The position numbers and the translations under genes were made by a program. The notes below the pieces were generated by a model. It saw nothing but the letters and a program-made list of their open reading frames with translations. It ran no database searches and was not told where the DNA came from. DNA of 64,000 nt from Candidatus Latescibacterota bacterium (lineage in GTDB: Bacteria > Latescibacterota > UBA2968 > GCA-2709665), in the NCBI GenBank assembly GCA_965222075.1, contig OZ244937.1, positions 960,001 to 1,024,000 of the forward strand, given 5' to 3'. Shown in pieces: positions 28,296 to 37,563 of this stretch; within the stretch, counting starts at the first letter, position 1, and every line of letters begins with the position of its first letter.

Positions 28296-29395
28296 AGATT
28301 ACCCGATTAGACTTAGATGCCGTCCACGTCAACCATCGGGGGGATTGGGCCTTTGTCCATGTGCATACGGACGAGGGGATCCGGGGGATCGGGGAGCTTC
28401 GGGCGGGAAAGAACTACGGGGGGCGAGTCCGGGCGGTGCGCGAGCTGGAAGCGATGCTGGTGGGGCGGGATGCCCGCCGGATCGAGCAGGTCGTTTGGAA
28501 GTTTACGCAAGGGGATGCCGGCCGGGACCGGATCAGCGCGGTCAGCGCAGTTGAACAGGCGCTCTGGGATATCCTGGGGAAGGCGCTCGGGGTGCCGGTT
28601 CACACCCTGCTGGGGGGGGCGTGCCGGGAGGCGATCCGGCTTTATGCGAATATCAACCGGGCGACCACGGACCGGACGCCGGAAGGGTTTGCCCAACATG
28701 CGGCCGCTGCTGCCGCAGAGGGGTTCGACGCGGTGAAGCTGGCGCCATTTGACGGAATGCCGGCAAAGATGGACAGCGCGAAAGAGGCCCGGGAGGGCAT
28801 CGCCTGCATGTACGCGGTGCGGGAGGCGATCGGGCCGGACGTGGACCTGTTGATCGACTGCCACAGCCACTTCACGGTCAAGGGTGCTCTGGAGGTGGCC
28901 GACGCGCTTCGAGACCTGGACCTGTTCTGGTTTGAACAGCCGACGCCCGAGACCGATCTTGAGGAGGTGCTGAAGGTCAAGGAGCGGTGCGGCATCCGCA
29001 CGGCGGGGGGCGAACAGCGGATGCTCCGGCAGGGGTTTCGGGAGGTGCTGGAGAGGAGGGCGATGGATGTGGTGATGCCGGATGTGACGGTGGTGGGAGG
29101 GATCGGAGAGCTCAAAAAGGTGGGCGAGATGGCGGAGGCCTGGGGCGCGCCTACATCGCCGCACGGCCCGTTCGGGCCGGTGGCGATCGCGGCCGGGGTG
29201 CAGGCGATGGCGGCCCATCCCGGTTTTCTGATCTTGGAATACGGTTGGGGGGAGGTGCCCTGGCGGGACGCTTTGACCCTCCCTCCGGAACGAATCGAAA
29301 ACGGGCGGATCGCCCTGACCGACCGGCCTGGCCTCGGGCTGGAGCTGAACCCCGATGTGGTGGAGGCGCATCGGATGTCGGATGTCGGAAATTGA
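28292..29395 (+). CDS. Mandelate racemase/enolase superfamily acid-sugar dehydratase (DgoD-like)
   Basis: SAVEQALWDILGK, LYANIN, DLLIDCH, WFEQP, GGE, PHGP. Confidence 0.9.
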   Translation: MKITRLDLDAVHVNHRGDWAFVHVHTDEGIRGIGELRAGKNYGGRVRAVRELEAMLVGRDARRIEQVVWKFTQGDAGRDRISAVSAVEQALWDILGKALGVPVHTLLGGACREAIRLYANINRATTDRTPEGFAQHAAAAAAEGFDAVKLAPFDGMPAKMDSAKEAREGIACMYAVREAIGPDVDLLIDCHSHFTVKGALEVADALRDLDLFWFEQPTPETDLEEVLKVKERCGIRTAGGEQRMLRQGFREVLERRAMDVVMPDVTVVGGIGELKKVGEMAEAWGAPTSPHGPFGPVAIAAGVQAMAAHPGFLILEYGWGEVPWRDALTLPPERIENGRIALTDRPGLGLELNPDVVEAHRMSDVGN

Positions 29396-29407
29396 CAGGA
29401 GGCGGAG

Positions 29408-30266
29408 ATGTTTAAGAGCCTGTCGCCGGGCACGATCGGGGTTAACACGACGCTGACCGAAGGCCTGGCGTATGCGGCGGCCGGGGGATTTCAGGGGCTG
29501 GACGTGGGCATCGGGGGGGTGGCGGCGTTGGTGGAGGAGAAAGGGGCCGGTCACGTGGTGGGGCTGTTTGAAGAGGTGGGGTTGAAGATCGGCGCCTGGG
29601 GGCTGCCGGTGGCCTGGAAGGGGCCGGAGGATGCGTATCGAAAAGACTTAGAGGCCCTGCCTGCGCTGGCCGAGGCCGGAGCGGCCGTGGGGGCGTTTCG
29701 GGTGGCAATATGGGTGAGTCCTGCTTCGGGTGAGCGGCGGTTCAGGGAGAATTTCCGGTGGCACGTATCGCGGTTTCGGCCGATCTGCGAGATTTTGAAG
29801 GACCACGGCTGCAGCCTGGGGCTGGAGTTTATCGGGCCGCGAACACTGCGGGTGGAGGAGGGCTTCGGGTTTATCCACACGATGGACGGGATGCTCGGCC
29901 TGTGTGAGACCATCGGAACGGGGAACGTGGGGCTGCTGCTGGACTGCTGGCACTGGTATACCGGCCTGGGGACGCTTTCGGACCTGAGGGCGCTCAGGTC
30001 CCGAAGATGTGGTACACGTCCACGTGAACGATGCCCCGGCGGGCGTGGACGTGGCCGAGCAGATCGACAACCGACGGGCGCTTCCCGCAGAGACGGGGGT
30101 GATCGACCTGGTGGGGTTCTTGAAGGTTTTGAAGGGGATCGGGTACGAGGGTCCGGTGACACCGGAGCCGTTCAGCCAGCGGGTGCGGGAACTGCCCGCA
30201 GAGGAGGCGGTCCGGGAGACGGGCGCGGCCCTGGATGCGGCCTGGCGGGCGGCAGGTCTGGGTTAA
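29408..30266 (+). pseudogene. Sugar phosphate isomerase/epimerase (TIM barrel), frameshifted near 30000
   Basis: LGLEFIGP, LLDCWHWY in one frame; VVHVHVNDA..RALP..YEGPVTPEPF continues in another frame; extra C in tcccgaa. Confidence 0.8.
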
Positions 30267-30285
30267 ACTAAAGGAGGGTACGGGG

Positions 30286-30852
30286 ATGGAGACATTCGCA
30301 GCGGAATACATCGCCGAGAACCAGCGCCTTCTTGCATCGCTGGATCCTGCCGAGATCGCCGGGGTGATCGAGATTGTGCGGCAGGCCGGAGCATCGGGCA
30401 ACCGGATCTACGCAGTCGGCAACGGAGGAAGTGCGAGCACGGCGTCCCACTTTGTGAACGATATGGGCAAGGGGGCTTCGCTGGGTCGGGAAAGGCGGTT
30501 CAAGGTGATCCCGCTGACCGACAACGTGGCGTGGATGACGGCGCTGAGCAACGACCTCTGCTATGAGGATGTGTTTGTAGAACAGCTCCGGAACTTTGCG
30601 GAGCCGGGCGATGTGCTGATTGCCATCAGTGGGAGCGGGAACTCGGAGAACGTGCTCAAAGCGGTGCGCTACGCCAACCAGGTGGGGTGCCGTACGGTCG
30701 GGTTTGCCGGGTTTAAGGGCGGGAAGCTGAAGGACCTTGTCCAGCACTGCATTGTGGTGGATGCGGACCACATGGGACGGATTGAGGATATGCACATGAT
30801 GCTTCAGCATATGATCTGTTACTACTTTATGGATCGGGAACCGGCGACGTGA
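30286..30852 (+). CDS. SIS-domain sugar-phosphate isomerase (GmhA-like)
   Basis: GNGGSASTASHF, TALSND, ISGSGNSENV, IEDMH. Confidence 0.9.
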   Translation: METFAAEYIAENQRLLASLDPAEIAGVIEIVRQAGASGNRIYAVGNGGSASTASHFVNDMGKGASLGRERRFKVIPLTDNVAWMTALSNDLCYEDVFVEQLRNFAEPGDVLIAISGSGNSENVLKAVRYANQVGCRTVGFAGFKGGKLKDLVQHCIVVDADHMGRIEDMHMMLQHMICYYFMDREPAT

Positions 30853-31922
30853 TGGTCTGCCATGTGGTGTGGACGGTATGGGCCGTCTGTCTGTTCGGTC
30901 TGGATCTGGATGCAGGGTACTACCTCCACCTGGTCCGGGGGCAGTTCCGGCTGCTCTGGGACCGGCAGCCGATCGAACGGCTGCTGAAACGGTCCGACCT
31001 GGACCCGGAGGTGCGGGAGCGGCTCCGGTTTGTGCAGGAGGTCCGCGCGTTTGCCGAAGGTGAGGTCGGGCTTTCCCGTTCGAAGAATTACACCTCGTTT
31101 TGTGATATCGGCGACGGGCCGGTCTCCTGGAATTTGACCGCCTGTCCCAAAGACGGGCTGGAGCCGGTGCGCTGGACCTACCCGGTGGTGGGACGTTTCC
31201 CCTACCGGGGTTATTTTGACCGAAAGCGGGCGCAGCGAGAGCGGGATCGGCTGGCGCGGGAGGGTTACGATACCTATCTTCGGCCGGTCGGCGCCTACAG
31301 TACGCTGGGGTGGTTTCAGGATCCGGTCCTGAGTCCCATGTTGCGCTACCGGGACGAAGACCTGGTAGATCTGCTCGTCCACGAGTTGACGCATGCGACG
31401 GTCTGGATTTCGGGAGATGTGGTGTTTAACGAGAGCCTGGCCACGTTTGTTGGAGGGGCCGGGGCCCTCCTTTTTATGGAGTCCCGCTACGGTTCGGGTT
31501 CGTCCGAGGTAAAAGGGATGCTGGACCGGCGTGCGGATCGGCGCCTCTTCAAGGCGTTTATGCACGAGGTCGCCGGCGAACTGGAAACCCTTTATGCGTC
31601 CGATCTGTCTTATGATGAAAAGCTGGACCGGCGGGAAGCCGTCTTTGAGGGGGCCAGGACGCGGTTTGCCGAACTGCCTCTGAAGACGAAACTCTACAGC
31701 AGCTTCCCCAGGTGGAAGCTGAACAACGCCTGGATGATGGCCTATAAGACCTACCACCAGGAGATCGATGTGTTCGACCGGGTCTACAGGGCCGTCGGCC
31801 GGGACTTGAAGGCGGCGGTGGCGGTTTTCAAGGGGTGTGAAAGGGCGGAGGGTGCGGGGGCGTATCTGGAGGACTGGCTGGAAAGGCAGAGGACAGGATC
31901 TGCCGATTCGCCGGTTCGTTGA
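30849..31922 (+). CDS. Predicted aminopeptidase (zincin)
   Basis: YPVVGRFPYRGYF, AYSTLGWFQDP, HELTH, FNESLATFV, LNNA. Confidence 0.88.
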   Translation: MMVCHVVWTVWAVCLFGLDLDAGYYLHLVRGQFRLLWDRQPIERLLKRSDLDPEVRERLRFVQEVRAFAEGEVGLSRSKNYTSFCDIGDGPVSWNLTACPKDGLEPVRWTYPVVGRFPYRGYFDRKRAQRERDRLAREGYDTYLRPVGAYSTLGWFQDPVLSPMLRYRDEDLVDLLVHELTHATVWISGDVVFNESLATFVGGAGALLFMESRYGSGSSEVKGMLDRRADRRLFKAFMHEVAGELETLYASDLSYDEKLDRREAVFEGARTRFAELPLKTKLYSSFPRWKLNNAWMMAYKTYHQEIDVFDRVYRAVGRDLKAAVAVFKGCERAEGAGAYLEDWLERQRTGSADSPVR

Positions 31923-31926
31923 TTCT

Positions 31927-32253
31927 GTGTCAACCGCCTGGGAACTCAAAAGGGTCTACAGGAAGATTTACCGCAGGGTCGAGCACATCCCGGAGGGGAC
32001 CGTGGCGACCTACGGGCAGATTGCCCGGATGGTGGGTGTGGGACCCCGGCAGGTTGGACAGGCCCTTGCGGCGCTTCCACCCGGCAGCAGGTGCCCGTGG
32101 CACCGCGTCATCAATGCCCGTGGGAGGATCTCGATCCGGAGCGGCATCCACAAGGCCCACTTAGACCAGGAGCGGCGCCTGAAAGCAGAGGGCGTCGTGT
32201 TCCAGAACGGGAGAGTCGACTTAGAGGTGTATCGCTGGCATCCGGAGGTGTAG
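31927..32253 (+). CDS. MGMT family alkyltransferase-like protein (Atl/YbaZ)
   Basis: IPEGTVATYGQIA, PRQVG, PWHRVINARG (Trp in place of the catalytic Cys). Confidence 0.88.
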   Translation: MSTAWELKRVYRKIYRRVEHIPEGTVATYGQIARMVGVGPRQVGQALAALPPGSRCPWHRVINARGRISIRSGIHKAHLDQERRLKAEGVVFQNGRVDLEVYRWHPEV

Positions 32254-32290
32254 GAAATATCGAACAAGAAATGATGGTGGAGGCGACGAT

Positions 32291-34060
32291 TTGTTCCTGA
32301 ATCCCTTCAAACCTTTCTGGCCGTACATCCGGCCCTATCGACATTACGTGGTTCTGGGTATCGTATTGCTTGTGCTGGCCCAGGGGGTGGCCGCGACGAT
32401 TCCACTCGTGTTGGGGGAGGCGGTGGACGCCATTAAGGCCGGGGTGGACGCCGGTGGGGCCTTCAGCGGGGCCATGCAGGAGGATATCGCCCTGTTTGCG
32501 GGGCTGATCTCAGGGCTTGCCCTGGTCCAGATGGGGCTGCAAATGGGGCTGCGGTGGTACCTGAGCAGCCTGGGGCGATATGCGGAATATGACATCCGGA
32601 AGGTCTATTTCCGGCACCTGCTGAGGCTCTCCTTGAACTATTTCCACCGGACGCCCACGGGCGATTTGATGGCCCGGGCCACAAATGATGTGAACGCCAT
32701 TCGTATGTTCCTCGGGTTTGGCGTTCGCATGATTTTCAGCGCCCTGTTGGCGTTTGTCCTGGCAATGGGCGTGATGTGTACGATCGACTGGAAGCTGGCC
32801 GTTTATGCCCTCCTGCCCCTGCCGGTGATGTCCCTGGTGGTAAACCGGGTGGCGGCCAGGATTTACACCGGATTTCGGGAGGTGCAGGAGCAGTTTTCAA
32901 ATATCAGCGCCCGCGTGCAGGAGAATCTGTCGGGGATGCGGGTGATCAAGGCCTACGTGCAGCGAGAGGCAGAGGTTGAGGCCTTTGGAAAACTCAACCG
33001 GGCGTATTTGGAGAAGAATCAGAGGCTGATCTACATCCAGAGCCTCTTCTTCCCCCTGATGTTTGTGATCGGCGGGGCTTCGCTTTGCGTCGTTCTCTGG
33101 GTGGGCGGACACCGCGTGGTTCAAAACGAACTGACGCTGGGAGATTTCGTGGCCTTCAATGCCTATTTGACCAGGCTGATGTTTCCGATGATTGCGCTTG
33201 GGTGGATGGTCGATCGATACCAGCGGGGTATGGCTTCAATGGCGCGGATTCAGGAGATCCTGGCAGTAGAGCCGGAGATCCGGGATGCCAGGCACATCCG
33301 GCCGGTCCGGGATCTAAGCGGAGAGATTGAGTTCCGGAAGATGACGTTTGCCTACAACGACGAAACGGTCTTAGAGGATATCGACCTCCACATTCCCGCC
33401 GGCACCACCCTGGCGGTGGTGGGCCGGGTGGGCTCTGGAAAGACGACCCTGGGGCGGCTGATCCCCAGGCTGGTCCAGGCTGGAAACGGAGGGGTGCTGA
33501 TTGATGGCATCCCTGTGGAGGAACTCCCCCTTGAGACCCTCCGGTCGGCCATCGGTTACGTGCCCCAGGAGACGTTTCTCTTCTCGGATACGCTTCGAGA
33601 GAATATTGCGCTGGGGGTGGTGGATGCATCGGAGGAAGAGGTTGCCCGGGCAACCGAGGTGTCCCAATTGTCAGAGGATCTGGCCGATTTCCCACAGGGG
33701 CTGGATACGGTGATCGGGGAGCGGGGAGTGACCTTATCGGGGGGGCAGAAGCAGCGAACGGCGCTGGCCCGGGCGGTGATCAGACAGCCGAGGATTCTGG
33801 TCCTGGACGATGCGATGGCCAGTGTGGATACGCATACCGAGGAGGAGATTTTGAGGAGGCTGCGAGAGGTGATGGTGGGGCGGACCACGATTTTGATTTC
33901 CCACAGAATTTCCACGGTGCAGGGCGCAGACCGGATTGTGGTGCTGGATGAGGGCCGGATTGCGGAGGTGGGAACGCACGGGGAACTCATTGCGCGGGAC
34001 GGGATCTACGCCGGGATGTACAGGCGGCAGCAGCTTTCGCAGGAACTGGACGAGATCTGA
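32291..34060 (+). CDS. ABC exporter, fused permease/ATPase (heterodimer subunit 1)
   Basis: TM domain + GRVGSGKT, LSGGQKQR, ILVLDD. Confidence 0.95.
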   Translation: MFLNPFKPFWPYIRPYRHYVVLGIVLLVLAQGVAATIPLVLGEAVDAIKAGVDAGGAFSGAMQEDIALFAGLISGLALVQMGLQMGLRWYLSSLGRYAEYDIRKVYFRHLLRLSLNYFHRTPTGDLMARATNDVNAIRMFLGFGVRMIFSALLAFVLAMGVMCTIDWKLAVYALLPLPVMSLVVNRVAARIYTGFREVQEQFSNISARVQENLSGMRVIKAYVQREAEVEAFGKLNRAYLEKNQRLIYIQSLFFPLMFVIGGASLCVVLWVGGHRVVQNELTLGDFVAFNAYLTRLMFPMIALGWMVDRYQRGMASMARIQEILAVEPEIRDARHIRPVRDLSGEIEFRKMTFAYNDETVLEDIDLHIPAGTTLAVVGRVGSGKTTLGRLIPRLVQAGNGGVLIDGIPVEELPLETLRSAIGYVPQETFLFSDTLRENIALGVVDASEEEVARATEVSQLSEDLADFPQGLDTVIGERGVTLSGGQKQRTALARAVIRQPRILVLDDAMASVDTHTEEEILRRLREVMVGRTTILISHRISTVQGADRIVVLDEGRIAEVGTHGELIARDGIYAGMYRRQQLSQELDEI

Positions 34061-34066
34061 GTTTAT

Positions 34067-35857
34067 ATGGCCGAAAAAACGTACGATATTCACGAAGAAG
34101 AGGTTTCGGAGAAGCCGTTTGACCCGAAGCTGATGCGGCGGCTTCTGGGCTACCTGAAGCCCTACAGGCGGTGGGTGGCGCTGGCCTTCGGGTTGATCCT
34201 GGTGACGTCGGGGGCGCGGCAGGCCGGCCCCTACCTGACCAAGATCGCGGTGGACGACCACATGTTAAAGGGCGATCTGCCGGGCCTGAACCGGATCGTG
34301 CTGCTGTTTGTGGGGCTCCTGGTGCTCCAGTTTGTGGCAGACTATATTCAGAATATTGTGACGAGGATGACCGGACAGTGGGTGATGTACGACATCCGGC
34401 GCCAGATCTTCACCCACCTGCAGCGGCTGTCTTTGGCGTTTTTCGACCGGACGCCCATCGGGCGGCTGATGACCCGGAATACCAGCGATGTGGATGCCCT
34501 GAACGAGCTGTTTACCGACGGGGTGGTGACGGTTTTCAGGGATATTTTCGCCATTATCACGATCCTGGGGTTTATGTTCTATATGGATGTGGCGCTGGCG
34601 CTGGTGGTCTGCCTGACCGTGCCGGTGATGTTCGGGGTGACCTTTGTCTTTCAGGGATGGATGCTGAGGGCGTTCCGCCGGGCGCGCAGCCGGCTGGCCC
34701 GGCTGAACGCTTACCTGCAGGAGAATATTTCCGGGATGGATGTGGTGCAGCTTTTCAACCGGGAGCGCCGCAATCGGGAGCGATTCGATGAGATCAACGG
34801 GAGATATTTGGAAGCGCATTTGCAGACAACGCTCTACTTTTCACTCTTTTTCCCGATTATGGAGCTGATCAGTGCAGTTGCCGTCGCCCTGATCATCTGG
34901 TACGGCGGCGGAGATGTCCTTCAATCCCGGATCGAGTGGGGGGTGCTGGTGGCCATGCTGCAGTATGTGCCCAGATTTTTCTGGCCGGTCCTGGAGATCT
35001 CCGAACGCTACGCCATCCTCCAGGCGGCTATGGCCTCGTCGGAGCGAATTTTCGAACTCTTGGATACGGGGCCGGAGCCCAAAGGGGGAGATAGGGCGCC
35101 ACAGCGGGCCCTGGGGGAGATCGAGTTCCAGAACGTCTGGTTTGCCTATACGGACGGGGACTGGGTGCTTCGGGACGTGTCGTTCCACCTCAGGCCGGGC
35201 GAGCGGGTAGCCGTTGTGGGGGCGACCGGGGCGGGAAAGACCACGGTGATCAGCCTGCTCTGCCGGTTTTACGATATTCAGAAGGGGACCATCCGCATCG
35301 ATGGCGTGGATATCCGGGAGTGGGACATCGAGGCGCTGCGGCGTCGAATCGGGGTGGTTCAGCAGGATGTCTTCCTCTTTTCGGGGGATATTGAGACGAA
35401 TATCCGGCTGGGCAACCGGAAGATTTCCCGGGAGCAGGTCGAGCGGGCCGCACGGGATGTGAACGCAGACCGATTTATCCAGAGGCTGCCCAGGGGCTAT
35501 GGGCACGGGGTGACCGAGCGGGGAAGCACCTTTTCGAGCGGGCAGCGGCAGCTCCTCGCGTTTGCGCGGGCACTCGCGTTCGACCCCGATATTCTGATCT
35601 TAGACGAAGCCACCTCAAGTGTGGATACCGAAACGGAGATGTGGATCCAAAGTGCGGTGGAACGGCTGATGCAGACGCGTACGTCAATCGTGATCGCCCA
35701 CCGGATCTCCACGATTCGGCACGTGGACCGGATCGTTGTGTTGCACAAGGGGGAGGTCCGGGAAGTCGGCACGCACGAGGAGCTGATGGCCCTGAAGGGG
35801 ATCTACCATCGCCTTCACCAGCTCCAATACATCGGGAGCGAGTCGCCTGGGGGATGA
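34067..35857 (+). CDS. ABC exporter, fused permease/ATPase (heterodimer subunit 2)
   Basis: TM domain + GATGAGKT, FSSGQRQL, ILDEATS. Confidence 0.95.
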   Translation: MAEKTYDIHEEEVSEKPFDPKLMRRLLGYLKPYRRWVALAFGLILVTSGARQAGPYLTKIAVDDHMLKGDLPGLNRIVLLFVGLLVLQFVADYIQNIVTRMTGQWVMYDIRRQIFTHLQRLSLAFFDRTPIGRLMTRNTSDVDALNELFTDGVVTVFRDIFAIITILGFMFYMDVALALVVCLTVPVMFGVTFVFQGWMLRAFRRARSRLARLNAYLQENISGMDVVQLFNRERRNRERFDEINGRYLEAHLQTTLYFSLFFPIMELISAVAVALIIWYGGGDVLQSRIEWGVLVAMLQYVPRFFWPVLEISERYAILQAAMASSERIFELLDTGPEPKGGDRAPQRALGEIEFQNVWFAYTDGDWVLRDVSFHLRPGERVAVVGATGAGKTTVISLLCRFYDIQKGTIRIDGVDIREWDIEALRRRIGVVQQDVFLFSGDIETNIRLGNRKISREQVERAARDVNADRFIQRLPRGYGHGVTERGSTFSSGQRQLLAFARALAFDPDILILDEATSSVDTETEMWIQSAVERLMQTRTSIVIAHRISTIRHVDRIVVLHKGEVREVGTHEELMALKGIYHRLHQLQYIGSESPGG

Positions 35858-35905
35858 AGCTACCGCAGAGGCGTTTCATACCATCATACTTTAAGGAGGA
35901 TCTTG

Positions 35906-37540
35906 ATGAAGGTTGCTGACGCTATCGCTCAAATCTTGAAGGCGGAAGGGGTGGAATACCTCTTCGCCTATCCGGTCAATCCGATCATCGAGGCGGCGGC
36001 CAAGATCGGTATTCGACCGATTATGGTTCGGCAGGAACGCATTGGGCTTCACATGGCCGATGCCGTCAGCCGGGTGACGTCGGGTCAGCGAATCGGGGTG
36101 TTTTGTATGCAGAGTGGTCCGGGAGCGGAAAACGCCTTCGGGGGCGTGGCGCAGGCCTATGGGGATTCGGTGCCTATGGTCGTGCTGCCGATGGGCTATC
36201 CGCGCAGTTTGACCAACGTGCTCCCCAATTTTAACGCGTTCGTCAATTACCGCCACGTTACCAAGTCCTGCGAGCAGGTTACGCTGCCTGAGACCGCGCC
36301 GGACGCCCTGAGACGGGCTTTTACCCAGGCAAGAAACGGGAGGCCCCGTCCGGCGCTGGTGGAAATTCCGATGGATGTGTTTGAGGAAGAGCTGCCCGAG
36401 CCTCTGCACTACACCCCCGCGCCCACGCTGCGTTCCGCACCGGACCCCGAGGCGGTGCAAACGGTGGCGGGCGTGTTGTTGGAGGCCGAGCGGCCCGTGC
36501 TCTACGCCGGCCAGGGGGTGCATTACGCGCAAGCGTGGGAGGCGCTGCGCGCCCTGGCCGAACTGCTGGAAGCGCCTGTGACCACCAGCCTTGGGGGCAA
36601 GAGCGCTTTTCCGGAAAACCACATCCTGTCCCTGGGCTCCTGCGGCCATTCCCACCCCCAAGCGGTGCACGATTTCCTGCACGGTGCCGACGTAATTTTC
36701 GGCATCGGGTGCAGCTTCGGCATCACAGGGTTCGGGGTGCGCATGCCCAGGGGCAAGACCATTGTTCACGCCACGCTGGACCCGGCGGACATCAACACAG
36801 GCGTGGCGTCGGAACACGCCCTGGTGGGAGACGCCCGCCTGATTCTGGACGCCCTGGTGGGTGAGATCCGTGAGCGCCTGGGTGGGAAGCCCCGGGGCCG
36901 CGTTGATCGGGTAGCCGCGGAGGTCAAGGCGATCAAAGGGGAGTGGTTGGCCAAATGGATGCCCAAACTCACCTCCAACGAGGCGCCCCTTTCCCCGTAC
37001 CGGGTGATCTGGGACCTGATGCACACAGTGGATGTGGCCAATACCATAATTACCCACGACGCCGGGAGTCCCCGGGATCAGCTTGTGCCCTTCTGGGAAT
37101 CCACCACGCCGCTTTCCTACATCGGCTGGGGCAAGACCACGCAGCTGGGCTACGGTCTCGGGCTGGCGATGGGTGCAAAGCTGGCCCGGCCGGAGAGGCT
37201 GTGTATCAACGTCTGGGGGGATGCGGCCATCGGCTTCACGGGGATGGACTTTGAGACCGCCGTCAGGGAGCGCATCCCGATCCTGTCGATCCTGTTCAAC
37301 AACTTCTGCATGGCGATCGAACTGCCCATTATGCCGGTTTCCACGCAGAAATTCGGCAGCACGGACATCTCGGGGCATTACGCTGACATGGCCAGGTCCT
37401 TTGGAGGGTACGGAGAACGGGTGGAGACCCCCGATGAGATCGTACCTGCGATCAAACGGGGGATTCAGAAGACAGAAGAAGGCGTGCCGGCCCTGCTGGA
37501 GTTCCTCACGGCCAGGGAGATCGAATTTTCCGTATTCTGA
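35906..37540 (+). CDS. Thiamine pyrophosphate-requiring enzyme (acetolactate synthase-like)
   Basis: VRQERIG, QSGPG, GYGLGLAMGAKLA, WGDAAIGF..FNN. Confidence 0.9.
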   Translation: MKVADAIAQILKAEGVEYLFAYPVNPIIEAAAKIGIRPIMVRQERIGLHMADAVSRVTSGQRIGVFCMQSGPGAENAFGGVAQAYGDSVPMVVLPMGYPRSLTNVLPNFNAFVNYRHVTKSCEQVTLPETAPDALRRAFTQARNGRPRPALVEIPMDVFEEELPEPLHYTPAPTLRSAPDPEAVQTVAGVLLEAERPVLYAGQGVHYAQAWEALRALAELLEAPVTTSLGGKSAFPENHILSLGSCGHSHPQAVHDFLHGADVIFGIGCSFGITGFGVRMPRGKTIVHATLDPADINTGVASEHALVGDARLILDALVGEIRERLGGKPRGRVDRVAAEVKAIKGEWLAKWMPKLTSNEAPLSPYRVIWDLMHTVDVANTIITHDAGSPRDQLVPFWESTTPLSYIGWGKTTQLGYGLGLAMGAKLARPERLCINVWGDAAIGFTGMDFETAVRERIPILSILFNNFCMAIELPIMPVSTQKFGSTDISGHYADMARSFGGYGERVETPDEIVPAIKRGIQKTEEGVPALLEFLTAREIEFSVF

Positions 37541-37563
37541 TTTTTGAACCGGTGGGGGCTGAC

